This document shows, piece after piece, positions 24,315 to 36,634 of a stretch of DNA of 64,000 bases. This stretch comes from Lama glama (taxonomy: Eukaryota): the NCBI GenBank assembly GCA_028534125.1, contig CM052817.1, positions 10,046,001-10,110,000 on the forward strand, given 5' to 3'. Under the pieces are notes generated by a model. That model made no database searches, was not told the DNA's origin, and was given only the letters and a program-made list of their open reading frames with translations. A program made the translations under genes and the position numbers. Numbering within the stretch: position 1 is the stretch's first letter; every line of letters starts with the position of its first letter.

Positions 24315-26622
24315 AAATAATCTGACTGAATATAAGCCATTAAACTAAATATAAGCCATTGTGTCTTTAAATATATACGTCTGACTTTAAAACTTTGTTC
24401 TACTTCTTACTAGCTGTGTAACCCTGGGCAGCTCACACAACTTCTCTGATCCTCATCTATAAAGCAGGGATGGTAATATACATGCCATAAGATGTATATG
24501 CTGTCAGATTGCTGTTTGGGGAAATAAGGGTTTGGGGAACTAAAAGTATGTGATGGCATTATTACAAAGCACATTTAATTTCTTTTCCTTTTCTCCAGCT
24601 AATTCTCAGAGAATAATGCCAATTGTATTCAGTTCCGCAAATATTCATTGAACACTTGTTATATGCAAAGTCCTGGGGATACCAAACCTCCAGTCGAGAT
24701 GTTTAAGAAGCTTATCATCTTCTAAGAAGGACAGACCCCTCTTATGTCCTAATTACACGAGACTGAAGTCTAAAGAAAGTATTCAGGATTCCCAGGGAAA
24801 AGAATATTAGTTTTACCTGGTACAAAAGGGTTTTTACAAAAAAGGTTTCAGAGTCTCAAGCTAGCCCTTGTGGGATGGAGAGTTCTGACCTGAAAGAAGA
24901 GCAGGATTTGGAAAATGGAAGGGAGAAGGAACGTTCACTACAAGAGGCAAAAGCACGAGCGAAGGCCAGACGGAAGAAATGCATGTGGTGTGGCTGAGGG
25001 TCACTGCAGGGGACTGGGTCTCCTCGGGGAGAGGACCGAGTAACAGAGAGAGGAAGATGGAAAACAGAGTGGCTAAAGGCCTAGGTAGAAACCACCGTGG
25101 CGTGTCCACGTTGCCTCTGCCACGTGCCCGCCCCTTTAAGGCAGCCTGACGTTCCATAAAGGCAGGTCGTGGAACCCGAGTGGCAGCTCAGTAGCACTTA
25201 TCACCTTCAATTGTTCACTCAACAAAGACTCGGTGAGCATCTACTATGTGCCAGGTCTGTTAGAGAGCCTTAGGAGGCAATATTGAGCAAAGCACAGTTC
25301 CTGTCTTCATGGGGTTCCATTCTACCAGGGCAAACAGACAATGATAAATAAACATCCTGTAGGATACAATTTAAGGAATAGTGCCATGAAGTTAAAAAAA
25401 AAAGTATGGGGACAGAAAGAGCTATTTTCCATGGGGTGTTCAGAGATGGCTCTCGGAGGTGATGCTGGAGCAGAGACCAGAGTTAAGTGGATAACTGTGG
25501 ACCGAGGGTTCCAGGGAGGGCAGCTGGTGCAAAGGCCCTGGTGCAGGACTGCTTCACGTGCTCATGCAAGGGTCCTGGTGGCTGCAGTGCAGTGTGAGGA
25601 CATGAAGTCAGGGGTTTGAAGATACAGATGAAGGCTTCTAAACCCTAAACTCTGTAATCTGCCCCCTAATCATGCTCTGACCTTCTGAGCTTGATCCTCC
25701 TGGAATTTGAACTTGGGCTTTCTAAGACAGATTCTCTTGACCCCCTATTGGCTCCCCCTGCCCTTATGGGAACCCCCAACCCTGATGTGGCCCATGGCAT
25801 ATAACCTTGGACACTAGTCTTCAGAAAGGAAACTCATGGGGAAGGGGTTTTATCATCCCGGTAACTGTGCCTCCCTGACAGCTGTCCTCATCAAATTCTT
25901 AACTTTGATTCTCCAGGCTGGTGGCCAGGGGGGAGGTTCCCTGGCGGGGAGGGCCATGGCAGTCTCGGCTGTGAGACTCTCCGTTCCCTCAGGGTCTCCC
26001 TGATGTCACCACACCCCTGCTAGTCCTTTACTTCTCTGACCTAACCCTGAACACAGACACACCCGTCAGTTTGCCCCAGCCCAGCTGAGACTGGGCTGGA
26101 TGGCTTAGCACAGTTTTATAGGGGATTGGGGAGCACCAAAGGGACATGAATAGAGTCACTGACACCGCCACCAACATGGCCGCTCTCAGAACCCTCAAGG
26201 TCACCCGCAGCTGTCCCGTGCCTGGCTCAGCCTCTTCCCAAGCAGTAGCCACTGCTGAGCCTTAGCACCTGGCACCCCTTCTCCCTACTCCTGGGGTCCA
26301 GGTCCCCACAGCGGGGCCCATGGAGAAGCAGGCGGCCAGCTCCTTGCCAGTGGAAGGCCTGCTCTCCAAGCTACTTCCCGTTCCAGCATCTTCTCCTTTC
26401 CGCCTCACTGACATCAGGGACGTCCACTCTTACGTGGGACACCCCGCCCAGCGGCCCAAGGGCTTGCAGCCCCAGCTTTATCACATCAGAGTGAAACCCA
26501 GTCCCTCTAAAACCGAGCTCCCTCACTGAGTTTATGATTACCCTCTCTGTCCAAACTCATTCCCTTTCTTGTTCTGCCGCTGTTCCGCTCAGGACTGTGG
26601 AACATCAAAGAGAAGTGGGGAC

Positions 26623-27187
26623 TGAAACCAAGCAGGACCCTGCGGGGCCTTCCTGAGTACAAAAGCCCCTCTGTGCCCATCTCTTATTTGTAGGAAAAAA
26701 GGCTTCTGTCTCCTAGGCCTTCCCCAAGTCCCACAGAACAGACTCAAGCAGTTAGGGATTAGGACAATGGAATCTCAGGCCTCCTGGGTCCTCCTGGAGC
26801 TAGATAACCATCTGGTGCATATCTTGCAGTTGTTCTGTAGAAACGACAACTCCTGCCCTGGGTGAGGATGCTGACTACGTGCTGACCACAAGCACGTGGA
26901 CCCCAGACTGGCTGGAGCCAGAAGGCTGATGATGAAGATTCCTGCAACATCACCCTGTTGCCTGACCAGCCACCAATCAGAAGAATGTCCATGAGCTGAT
27001 CACATGTCTGATGACCCTCTCCCCTCACACTCTCTTTAAAGCCCTTCCCTGAAAGTCATCAGGGAGTTCAGATCTTTTCAAATTCCAGAAGGACCCATTC
27101 TCCTTGCTTGGTACCCTGCAAATGAACCCTTATTTTGCTGCAAACCCCACTGTCAGAGTTTGGCTTTCTTTGCCTCAGTGTTTGACA
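26623..27187 (+). mobile_element. ERV1-class LTR
   Basis: TGAAACCAAGCAGGACCCTGCGGGGCCTTCC start shared with the LTR at 49950; CCAATCAG box, gagctgatca, cagggagttc, cccattctccttgct shared; ends TTTGACA. Confidence 0.8.
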
Positions 27188-27237
27188 AGAGCACTGTCCT
27201 CTTGGTGTCATTTAGAAATCACAGATTCTCCTGCGGT

Positions 27238-27737
27238 NNNNNNNNNNNNNNNNNNNNNNNNNNNNNNNNNNNNNNNNNNNNNNNNNNNNNNNNNNNNNNN
27301 NNNNNNNNNNNNNNNNNNNNNNNNNNNNNNNNNNNNNNNNNNNNNNNNNNNNNNNNNNNNNNNNNNNNNNNNNNNNNNNNNNNNNNNNNNNNNNNNNNNN
27401 NNNNNNNNNNNNNNNNNNNNNNNNNNNNNNNNNNNNNNNNNNNNNNNNNNNNNNNNNNNNNNNNNNNNNNNNNNNNNNNNNNNNNNNNNNNNNNNNNNNN
27501 NNNNNNNNNNNNNNNNNNNNNNNNNNNNNNNNNNNNNNNNNNNNNNNNNNNNNNNNNNNNNNNNNNNNNNNNNNNNNNNNNNNNNNNNNNNNNNNNNNNN
27601 NNNNNNNNNNNNNNNNNNNNNNNNNNNNNNNNNNNNNNNNNNNNNNNNNNNNNNNNNNNNNNNNNNNNNNNNNNNNNNNNNNNNNNNNNNNNNNNNNNNN
27701 NNNNNNNNNNNNNNNNNNNNNNNNNNNNNNNNNNNNN
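27238..27737. other. Assembly gap (500 N)
   Basis: Run of N; the round length suggests a placeholder size. Confidence 0.99.
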
Positions 27738-28122
27738 ATTGGAATACTGATCTGAGTTCTGCTAGACTAACTTGTAAATCTAGGTTAATTAGTGTTGGTT
27801 TGCTGTTCATGTTTTTTGCTAGCCAGCTGGGTTTTCAAAGATACATATCTGGCTTTGGAATGTTGGTTTGCTGCCTCCCCGCCTCCACTTTTGTGATGAT
27901 AATGCTGCTAAAGCTGTTCCATGCCTATTGGCCAAACACCCCAAGCTTGTACTTTACCCTATAAAACCTCATGCGCACGTCTTGGAGGTGCTCAGAGCTT
28001 CGGAGCAGAAGCCCCTCTGAGCCCGCCGGTGCCGGTGGCGTAATACGGTGGCGTAATACATCTGAGTACTCCAACCCTCCGAGTGGTGCTTGTTTCTTGA
28101 CTGGCCTGTCGTTTCCATAACA
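27738..28122 (+). mobile_element. Young-looking gammaretrovirus-like (ERV1) LTR, 3' part
   Basis: CTATAAAA TATA box at about 27959, ggtgctcagagcttcggagcagaagcccctctgagcccgccgg R region, retained CpGs, ends ...CATAACA. Confidence 0.8.
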
Positions 28123-28510
28123 ATAGAATTGATTCAAGACCACGCTGTTTCCCAGACACAATGTATGTGGCCCACTTTCTTGATTCCCAAGGTGAAGAGA
28201 CTTGGCAAAATTCCACTGCTGAGGAATGGGGGTGGGGGATTGGGTGTGGATTGGCCTGAATCCGGGCCTGGGATTTTGGCTTCCACCCCAGACTGCTTCT
28301 TGAGCAAAGAAGCCTGAAGCTTGGGGACGAGAAAGCAAAAATTCACTAAGCCAGGTGTCTGGGTCCCTGGGACATTTTACGCTGAGCTCATGACCACGTC
28401 CATCATAGAGTGTACAGTGGAATCGTCTGGAATGCAGCACGGAACCACCCAGCCAGAGTCCTACAAGAGTTGCTTCTACTGCCAAGGTCAGAAGAGAACA
28501 TTAGAAATGT

Positions 28511-29080
28511 TGCCAGATCTGCCTCGTCCCTGATGAACCAAGTAACTCAGAGACAGGGTCTTGGAGCTTAGAAGGGAAGAGACAGCTTTACTGCTTTGCC
28601 GGGTGAAGGGGACTCACAGCAGGTGGCGCCTTCTAAACTGTGCACTCGTCTTAGGGATGGGGTGGGCTGGTTACGTAGCCAGAGCTCAGAGCTCAAATAT
28701 AAACAGTCAACACATTCATTTTCTAAGTGATAAGACTTAGTCATGATGCCTCCAGGTGACCAATTCTATAGAGGCCAAAAGTTACCACTTTTTCAGTCTC
28801 TTTATCTTCTAAGAGCCCAAGGCGTGGTCTTCTTGGTATTTAGCCTACTTTGTAAGGTTACAGTTCTGTGACCTTCTCCCTGGAGAACAAGTCAGAAACC
28901 AAGTGTGATTACTACTTTTGATCACTGGAATAAAGCAGAAACAGAATTAATAGCTTTATGTTAACAACGGGCCTGGAGCTGTGAGTAGCAATCGGTCAGG
29001 TCGGTTGACTGTTTGAAGGGCGAGCAAAAGAATAAGCAATCTGTTAGCCTAAGTGTGGCCATTTTATTAATCCTCTTTCA
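28511..29080 (-). mobile_element. ERV1-class solo LTR
   Basis: TG...CA termini with 4-bp TSD ATGT (28507-28510, 29081-29084); start could alternatively be 28508. Degenerate poly(A) signal (ctttactgc) near the left end indicates minus orientation. Confidence 0.7.
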
Positions 29081-29177
29081 ATGTCCCCAAGACCAAGGCT
29101 CCCCCGCCTCTAGGAGAGACAAGCGAACACATTTATGAACAGTCACCTCCCCATCTCCTATCAGCATGGCAGCCACC

Positions 29178-29485
29178 CTGACAGGGTTGAATGGCACCCC
29201 CTCCAAATTCATGTTGAAGTCCTTACCCCCTTTTCAGAGGCAGGGTCTTTACAGAGTCATTAGTTAAGATGAGTCATTAGGGTGGCCCCAAATCCAGAAT
29301 AACTGGTGACCTTATAAAAGGGGGACACTTGGACACAATGCCAGACATAGAGAGAAAGTGACCGTCTACAAGCCGAGGAGAGAGGCCTGGGACAGATCCT
29401 CCCCTAGCAGTGCGACAGCGCAGAGCGCACACCTGCTGTCTAAGCCACCGGTTTGTGGTCCTTGGTGCCAGCAGCCCTAGCAAAC
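29178..29485 (+). mobile_element. MaLR MLT1A/B LTR
   Basis: gggttgaatgg..ccc...aaattcatgttgaagtcct; agttaagatgagtcattagggtggccc.aatcca..ataactggtg.ccttataaaagg; taagccacc.gtttgtgg...gcagccctagcaaac. Confidence 0.85.
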
Positions 29486-31029
29486 GAGCGCCCGCCCCAC
29501 GAGGACAGTCGTTGTCTCTATTTTGCAGATGAGGAGAGAGAGGCTCAGAGAGCTTCCGCGTCCCCCTCAAGGGTCCCTGCCTCCAGTAAGAGGCAGAGCT
29601 TTGGCTGCCAAGCCTTTCCCACTGCTCCCCCGGGGGCCGCGGGGGCCGGGGAGCCCGGGACAAGCTGCACCCTCGTGCCGCGGCGGAGGACGCCCCGCCG
29701 GGAATTATGATCACTCGCTGCCCTCCTGCGGTTGGGGAGCAGCCCTTCCAGTGATCTCCCTGGCGCCCACGTGACAGGGCAGTGCCTTCCCGGAGGCAGG
29801 AGGGGATCTGATTCCTGGCAGCCAGGAGGAAGAAAAAGTTTCTTTATTTACGTTGCAAAACCTTGTTGGGAGGTCCAGTTGTTTAAACCCTGAGCTGAAC
29901 TCTGGGAAAGTAAATAAAGTGGCTGCAGGACGTTTTTGAAAGTGAAAGTGTTGTGGCCCTGGTGGCCGTCCCCTTTCCCACGCTGGCATCATCCCATCAC
30001 AGCTCAGGGTTACCGACCCCCTCCCCAGGGCCTGCTGCCCCTCGGCCCTTCGCCCACCCCAGCCCCTCCACGCCTCCGAGAGGTGGGGGCTGCTTTTATT
30101 CCCCTGGAGAGCCAAGGAAATCCAAGCTCAAGGAAGCAGAGGAAGAGCCCAACCCACCCACCCAGGGAGTGGCAGAGCTGAGATTTCACGCACCACCTTT
30201 CATTGTCGCGCCACAGAAATCATCTGGAGACGGTTGCTGGGCGCTTGCTGTTTGGAGGAGGGAAGGAGGGGAAATGAAAACACAGTCCAGCCTTTCTAGA
30301 CTGCCTGGAGGGCCTCTGAGCTCTCTCCTGCTAGCCGCCTCACCAACTCGGTCTCCTAACTGTGGTGTTGAAATTGGAAGCAGGTTGGCCCTGTGACTGG
30401 GCCCCAGGGCCACAGAGCAGGTGCAAATGGCCACCAATTCAGGCAGCTTTTGTGGAACAGGCTTCTCTGGAGAGAGAGGCAGCAGAGCCAGGAGCAAATT
30501 TCAGGTCCTAAGACTGCTCGGGGCTTGCAGGGGCTGCCTCCTCATTTCCCTCCCGCTGATCCTGAGATGTCAGCTTTCCAGTTTGGTGCTCAGGGAGACT
30601 CACTCAACTCAAGGGATGCAGTGGGCTGAAGGGGAAAAATGACTCCCCGCAAATGACCACAGGACAGGTAAAGAGCGAAGATTAAGCCCAGCAAAGGGCC
30701 CAGCATCCACGGACCCGCCGCATGCCCTCCCCACCTGTGCCACGCCCTGGGGGCCTCAGCGGGATACGGCTGCATGGCCCCAGGGAGGGGACAGGAACAG
30801 AAGGGACAGGCTTTTCAACCGGAAAAGGCCCTCAAGGCTCCAAGGGGCCTCCTCACCCCAGAGGGTGGCGGGGCCCACAACAGGGAGGTGGCCCCTCCCT
30901 GAGCATCAGACAAAAACCTCAGGAGGAAGATTTCTCAGCTGAAGCTCCCTCTGTGACGGGGGAAGGGGGACAGTCATTCGGCAGATCCAGCCATGGGACA
31001 GGAATCAACAGGGCAGGACCGTCTTCTCC

Positions 31030-31380
31030 TTTTTCAAAAAATTGTAGTAGAACTCACATAACATAAAACTAACCATTTTATATACACACACACACATGTC
31101 TGTTACTGAATCACTATGCTGTACACCAGAAACTAACACAACATTGTAAATACTTCAATTTAAAAAATAATTAACCATTTTAAAGTGTACAATTTACTGG
31201 CATTTAGGACATTCACAGTCTTGCACAACTACCACCCTGTCTAGTTCCAAAGCATCTTCATCTCCCCAAAACAAAGCTGTGATCCCGTTAAGCAGTTGCT
31301 CCCCACCCCTCTGTCCCCAGCCCCTGGCAGCTCCCAGTCTGCATCTGTCTTTGTGGATTCACCTTTCCTAGGTATTTCGC
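31030..31380 (-). mobile_element. L1MB-type 3' end, with a short young L1 3' fragment (about 31080-31168, + strand) inserted
   Basis: cacataacataaaa.taaccatttt...aaagtgtacaatt..gtggcattta.gacattcaca. Insert actgaatcactatgctgtacaccagaaactaacacaacattgtaa flanked by TAACCATTTT. Confidence 0.8.
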
Positions 31381-33599
31381 TCAGATCGAAGTGTCCCACC
31401 CACTCTTCTCAGTGACCTGCAGAACATCAGTGGAGGAGGGCGGAACTGTGGTTTTCATTTTCATACATTTTAACCTTTGTTGAGAATTTTTTGTGTGATA
31501 ATGAAAATTACACATTTTGTGGTAGAAAACCCGGAAACAGAAAATCCCAAAGAAGAAACGTAAAATTGCTCCTAGTCCCATCCCTCAGAATATCTAGACT
31601 AATATCTTAGAGACAAGTCTCCCATTTTTCCCCCAAGGAAATGTTGATGGGCATCTAGGTTGCTCTACCGGGCTGTGTGCCTTGGGTTGGTTTCTTAACC
31701 TCTCTGTGTCTCATTTCCTCACCTGTATGATGGAGATGATAATAGTACCTGCTTCATAGGTTCATTGAGAGGATAAGTGAGTGAATAATACACGTGAAGC
31801 ACTGAAAATGGGACAAGCACGGAATAAACTCTTGGCCAATGTGTACACGTCAGCTATGATTATATTTTCCCCACAATTCAAAGTCATGGGGATTATTTTA
31901 TCTGCAGAAGAAGAAACTGAGGGTCAGAGAGGTCGGGTAAAACTTCCCCAAAGACCAAAGGAAGCAAGTATTCTTTTTTGAGTAGCTGTATGTGCTAGGT
32001 CATTATCATTGTCTCATTTTACAGAGAAGGAAACTGAGATGCTGAGAGGTTAAGTGTGTCCAAGGTGTCCAAGGTCACACAGCGAGTTAGGGGCAGAGCT
32101 GGTTCTTTGCAGGTCTGGTATCTTCCTCCATCCCGCTCCACTGCCTCCTCCCATGTAATGAAGGCCCCTAATACGGGATTTAGGAACATGCGGCCAGAGG
32201 TCCTCACCTCTGTGCGGCTCCAAGCATCCGATTCTGCGTTCCTGGTTCCTCAGAGCTGCCGTTTGCTTCCTCCCTGGCTTCTCGCTCTGGTCATCTCTTG
32301 GCTGCACCTGGAGATGCTCAAGCAGTACCTCCAAAAAGCCGAGCAGGGACAAACATGCTGTGGAAGCCGGCTTGTCAGTCCCCAGGTTTCTGCTGCCAGA
32401 GCCGCTCAGATGCTGCTTGGAGACTGTACGGAGACCTTGGGCGATGCCTCTCCAGAATACACTAGCTGCTGCCTGCTGAGGGCCAGAAACCTGGCCTCGC
32501 CTCACAGACGCCATCCATTCAAGCCTCCCAACTCTGCCCTGGAGCAGGGTCAGCCCTGCGATACGTGGGGAAATGCCTCAGCCCTTCCTTCCTCCGCAAG
32601 GAAAACCTCTCAGACCTGAGCCAGCAGCCCTGCCAGCTCCCCTTGCTCAGGATTTCACGCTGTTACCAAAACAATTCAGTGGGCCGTGGAGCTTTCCCTG
32701 AGATTCCACAAGAGGGCTTCGAGGCTGCAGTCTTTTCCCAGGATGCTAATTAAAAACACTACCTGACCGATACAGCATCATAAATAATTCAACTTGGAGG
32801 AGCACAGGGACCCAGGATTCACCTGCTGCTCAACTCCCCACAGAGCATCCTTGTTCCTGCCGTTTTCAGTCTTTCGGAGATCTCCCAGGATGAGAGTGCG
32901 TCTCGGCAGGAGCTGCTCCCTCATCACTGGGACTAGAGGCTGCCTGGGTCCTGGCGACCCTGACAAGCCCCATCTGGGGGTGCTGCCCGGCTTATCAAAT
33001 GGGAGTTGAGTCTGGAAACAGGAAATCCTTCCCTTCAATGAAGCCCGAGTGTCCTCCAGCTTGGGGCTTGGCAGGACTCAGGGAGGCCTTCTGGTTTTTG
33101 AGTTCCCAGAGTGTCCACAGGTGAAGCCTTATTTGTGAATTCAGAAATTACAGATGCCTTGGACTCTATCCCTTGAGGATGTCAGGCCCTCACTAGGTGA
33201 TGAGATGACGGAGCTCATGTGGCACTGTTGGGCTGGGCTGCACAGAGCAGGGACACTGTTGGTGCTATGGGTGTGGCCTTGACACTGGGGAAGGCTTAGA
33301 ATGTCCTCTGGGGGCCTCTATCTACCCAACCTATTTCTTTGGCCTTTCTGAACTAACGAAAAACTCACTTAATACACCTGGAAAAAATCTCCACCCACCG
33401 TGACCCATGGATGAGGTCCCCATGACTTGGACTTTAACTGATGGATCAGAGAACAGAACACCATGATCACTCCAGCCTCTAAATGACACTTCTCTTACAC
33501 ATGTGGCAGACCCTCCTGGCGGTGTTCCACAGCTGACTCTGCCCTCTTCCCCTGCTGGCAAAGCCCAGGTCTGGGCATTCCCTCTCCCACATGCTCAAG

Positions 33600-34225
33600 A
33601 GAGCTGCCCCTCCGTGGCCACAAGCAATGCATGTGGCTTCGTCTGAGCCATTTGTGGTCCCTTCATTCCCTGCATCCATGACCACTTAGGGTGAGCACGG
33701 GATGCAGCCTCAGCTTCTGAGGCAGAAGGAGAGATCCTTTGCGGACTTGGGGAAGGATTCCCCTCCTTAATGGAAAGGATATGTGAGGAGAAATTGCCCC
33801 TCTTGGACGTAAGTCTATGAAGATATGCATTGGAGGCTAAGGCCACCATCTTGTGACCATGAGACAAATCCAAGCACAGAAGCCAGTAAACCAAGAAGCA
33901 GTGTAGAAAGCACCCAGGCCCTTAAGGAAATTAAATTAAACAACCTGCTCCCAGCTAGCTTTGCACTTCTTGTATACAAGCTAATAAATCCTTGTTGCTG
34001 AAGCCATTGATTTCCAAATTTAGTGAGCGAGGATCTCTCAGGGAACTTGATGTAACACAGAGATATAAATTCATGGGGCTGGAGTGAGGCCGCTGGCTTT
34101 GCCTTTCCCAAAAGCTCCCAGATGATGCTGATGTTGGTCCAGGGACCACACTTTGAGTAGCCAGGGCTGAAAGTAATTTTAGTTGCATGCTCTATCTCTT
34201 GCAACCCAAAGCATCCTAGCTGATA
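33600..34225 (+). mobile_element. MLT1-type LTR with nested MER5A (about 34020-34170)
   Basis: ggccaccatcttgtgaccatgag; aataaatccttgttgctgaagcca; MER5A aagctcccagatgatgctgatgttggtccagggaccacactttgagtag. Confidence 0.65.
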
Positions 34226-35324
34226 GAAGCTTTAGGCCAGTACATGACAATGACTAATTTTACTGTGTATTGACAAAGTTCTGGTCCAGTACTCATTCAT
34301 TTGATCCTCATCACAGGCCTAGGAGGTGTCTTATTTTGCAGAAGAGGAAACTGAAACTTGGAAAACTGCATTTGCCAGAAGCCTTTTGTTTGTAAGAAAC
34401 AGAAACCTGGCTCCAAAAGAGTTTACATACAAAAGATGCTGACTTAGGTGTCCAGAAAGGCTAGTGGCAGATCCAGGCACAGCTGGATCCAGTGATTCAG
34501 ATTCTGTTGCTGGGGCTTCGTTTGTTTCACTCCTCCTGACCAGTGACCGTCTTTCTTCAAGTAGCCAAGAGCCTGACCATCCGCAACCCCAGGCTCCCAT
34601 CCCCTCCCGTCCCACTGGGTGGAGATCCTCAAGTGGAGGCTTTCTCTCGCGCAGTGTCCACACATGAAACCCCCGAACCACTCGCCGGGAGCGCAGAATG
34701 GAAACAGTGAGCATGGTTAGGAAGTGACTCCAATCGCCAGGCAGGAGTTGATGCAGTTCTTAACAGGATGGGAGGATCAGGGGCTGTGAAAATCAGTTGG
34801 ACGTGTTTAAATTCAAATAATTTTGTAAGATTTTTATTTAAATATATTTAAGAATCAGACAAAAATTCTCTACCAGAATCCTTGTTGTAGGGCTTGATGC
34901 TGAAAATGTGACTCCTTGTGGTCATAGCTCTTACTTGACCTTGGAGCTTGGAGATGTTCGTTATTACCTCCTCCACTAGTTATAGGGGCCCTGAGAGCCA
35001 AAAAATATTTCATTCATTCATTTCCTCAACAAATATTTGTTGGCCCTGCTGTGCACCTGGCTTGAGGAATGGCATCCGGTGAGACTTTGCTGCCGTACAT
35101 ACCTTTCCACCCCAGCCTCTGCCCAGAGATTCTGATGCACCCAACTCCCTACTGGAAATAATTTTACAAGTGATGTTAATGATGGACATGTCTTAAGTAA
35201 GATAACAATGTGGAGGCAGGAAAGAAGTGGAGACTAGTTAAGCTAGAAGGCTGATGGTCACATGGGCAGAATCAGGAGAGGGGGAGGTGGCTTGGGCTGA
35301 TGACATTAGATTTGGAGGTAATTG

Positions 35325-35493
35325 AGGCATCCATGTGGTGATGCCCTTCCATGCAGTGATGCCCACCAACATGATGATGCCCATCCACATGGTAATGCCC
35401 ATCCATGCAATGATGCCCATCCACATGGTAATGCCCATTCACATGGTAATGCCCATCCATGCAGTGATGCCCATCCATGTGGTGATGCCCATC
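35325..35493. repeat. 18-bp minisatellite, about 9.5 copies (consensus GTGATGCCCATCCAYRYR)
   Basis: Units start at 35338, 35356, 35374, 35392, 35410, 35428, 35446, 35464 and 35482 (partial). Confidence 0.95.
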
Positions 35494-36634
35494 AGCCAGT
35501 CAGAGCAACCATCCTGGGAGCCTGGCAGAGAAGCTCTGCTTGAAGACTTGGGATAAAACTGGTGCATCTAGAGAAGAGAGCGGACACAAAAGAGAACTCA
35601 ACCTGGAGGTACATCCAGGTTTGAAGGGCAGAGAGAAAGTAGAGCAAATGCGAATGGCAGAGACAAAGGATCAACATCTGAAGAAAGGGGCAAACCAGGG
35701 CAGCACAGGACAGCTGAGTCCAGGCAGGAGCATTTCTGGAGGGAAGGACAGATGCAGTGGAAGCACCAAGAGGTCAAAGTCAAGTGGGACTGACAGCAGC
35801 AGAGCAGGCAAGTGGGTCTAGGGTGAAGAAAGCCTACGATACCCACAGAGGGTGCTGCTCAGGGGGTGTGACAGGTGGGACGGATGGCAATTTCATTAAG
35901 TCTAAGTCAAAGTAAATAATAATAATAAAAGAGGCAGCTGTGAAAATAAGCCTGATGGATTCGATCATTTCCTGGTAAACAAAGCTTACAACAAGCCCTC
36001 ACATTTGTGTGATGTTTGATGACTTCCAGGCACGACAGGCTACGCAATTCACAGGGCCTGGTGCAGAACCAAATGTTGGCCCCTTGTTCAAAAATTAGGA
36101 AAAACTTCAAGACGGTGACAGCAGAGCATTAAAACAAGTGTGGGGCCCTATCCGGCTGCAGGGTTTGCACGCCCGCTAAGCTGGTCTGCTTCTAAGCGGT
36201 TTCCCACTACTTTTTAATCTCAGAGAGGAATGTCTGAGATGGTCTGAGCAGCCAAGTCATTTGGAGTGGATAGCTTCATCTTCCGAGGCTTGGAACACTA
36301 TTCCTATTTGGGGGGTGGAGGAATCCCCCATTGTTTGGAGCCAGGTAGGAGGCATGGTCCCTCGACCACAAAAACCCTCTCCAGGCCCCTAGGCAACCAA
36401 CGGACAAAGACAGGATCCAGGCTCAGCCAGTCAGATGCTCCCTCCCCAGATTTTGAGACTTGAGGGACTGATGTGAAGATGCAGGATCCTTAGAGACATG
36501 ACCCCATGCCAGTGGCAGGATGGAGGGGCTGGGGCAGGGGTGAGGGTCCAGGGGGAACCAGAGGTAGTGACCCATTCCACATTTTCTCGCATTTTCTGCC
36601 ATAGAGCCCTCTCCTATGCTGCCTGTTCTCCAAG

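Noticed and set aside
27104..27964. ORFs of 196-286 aa
   Set aside because: Artefacts of translating through the N gap.
35238..35556. His/Met-rich repeat protein or CRISPR-like array
   Set aside because: Head-to-tail minisatellite without unique spacers, in a eukaryotic genome; no splice or promoter context.
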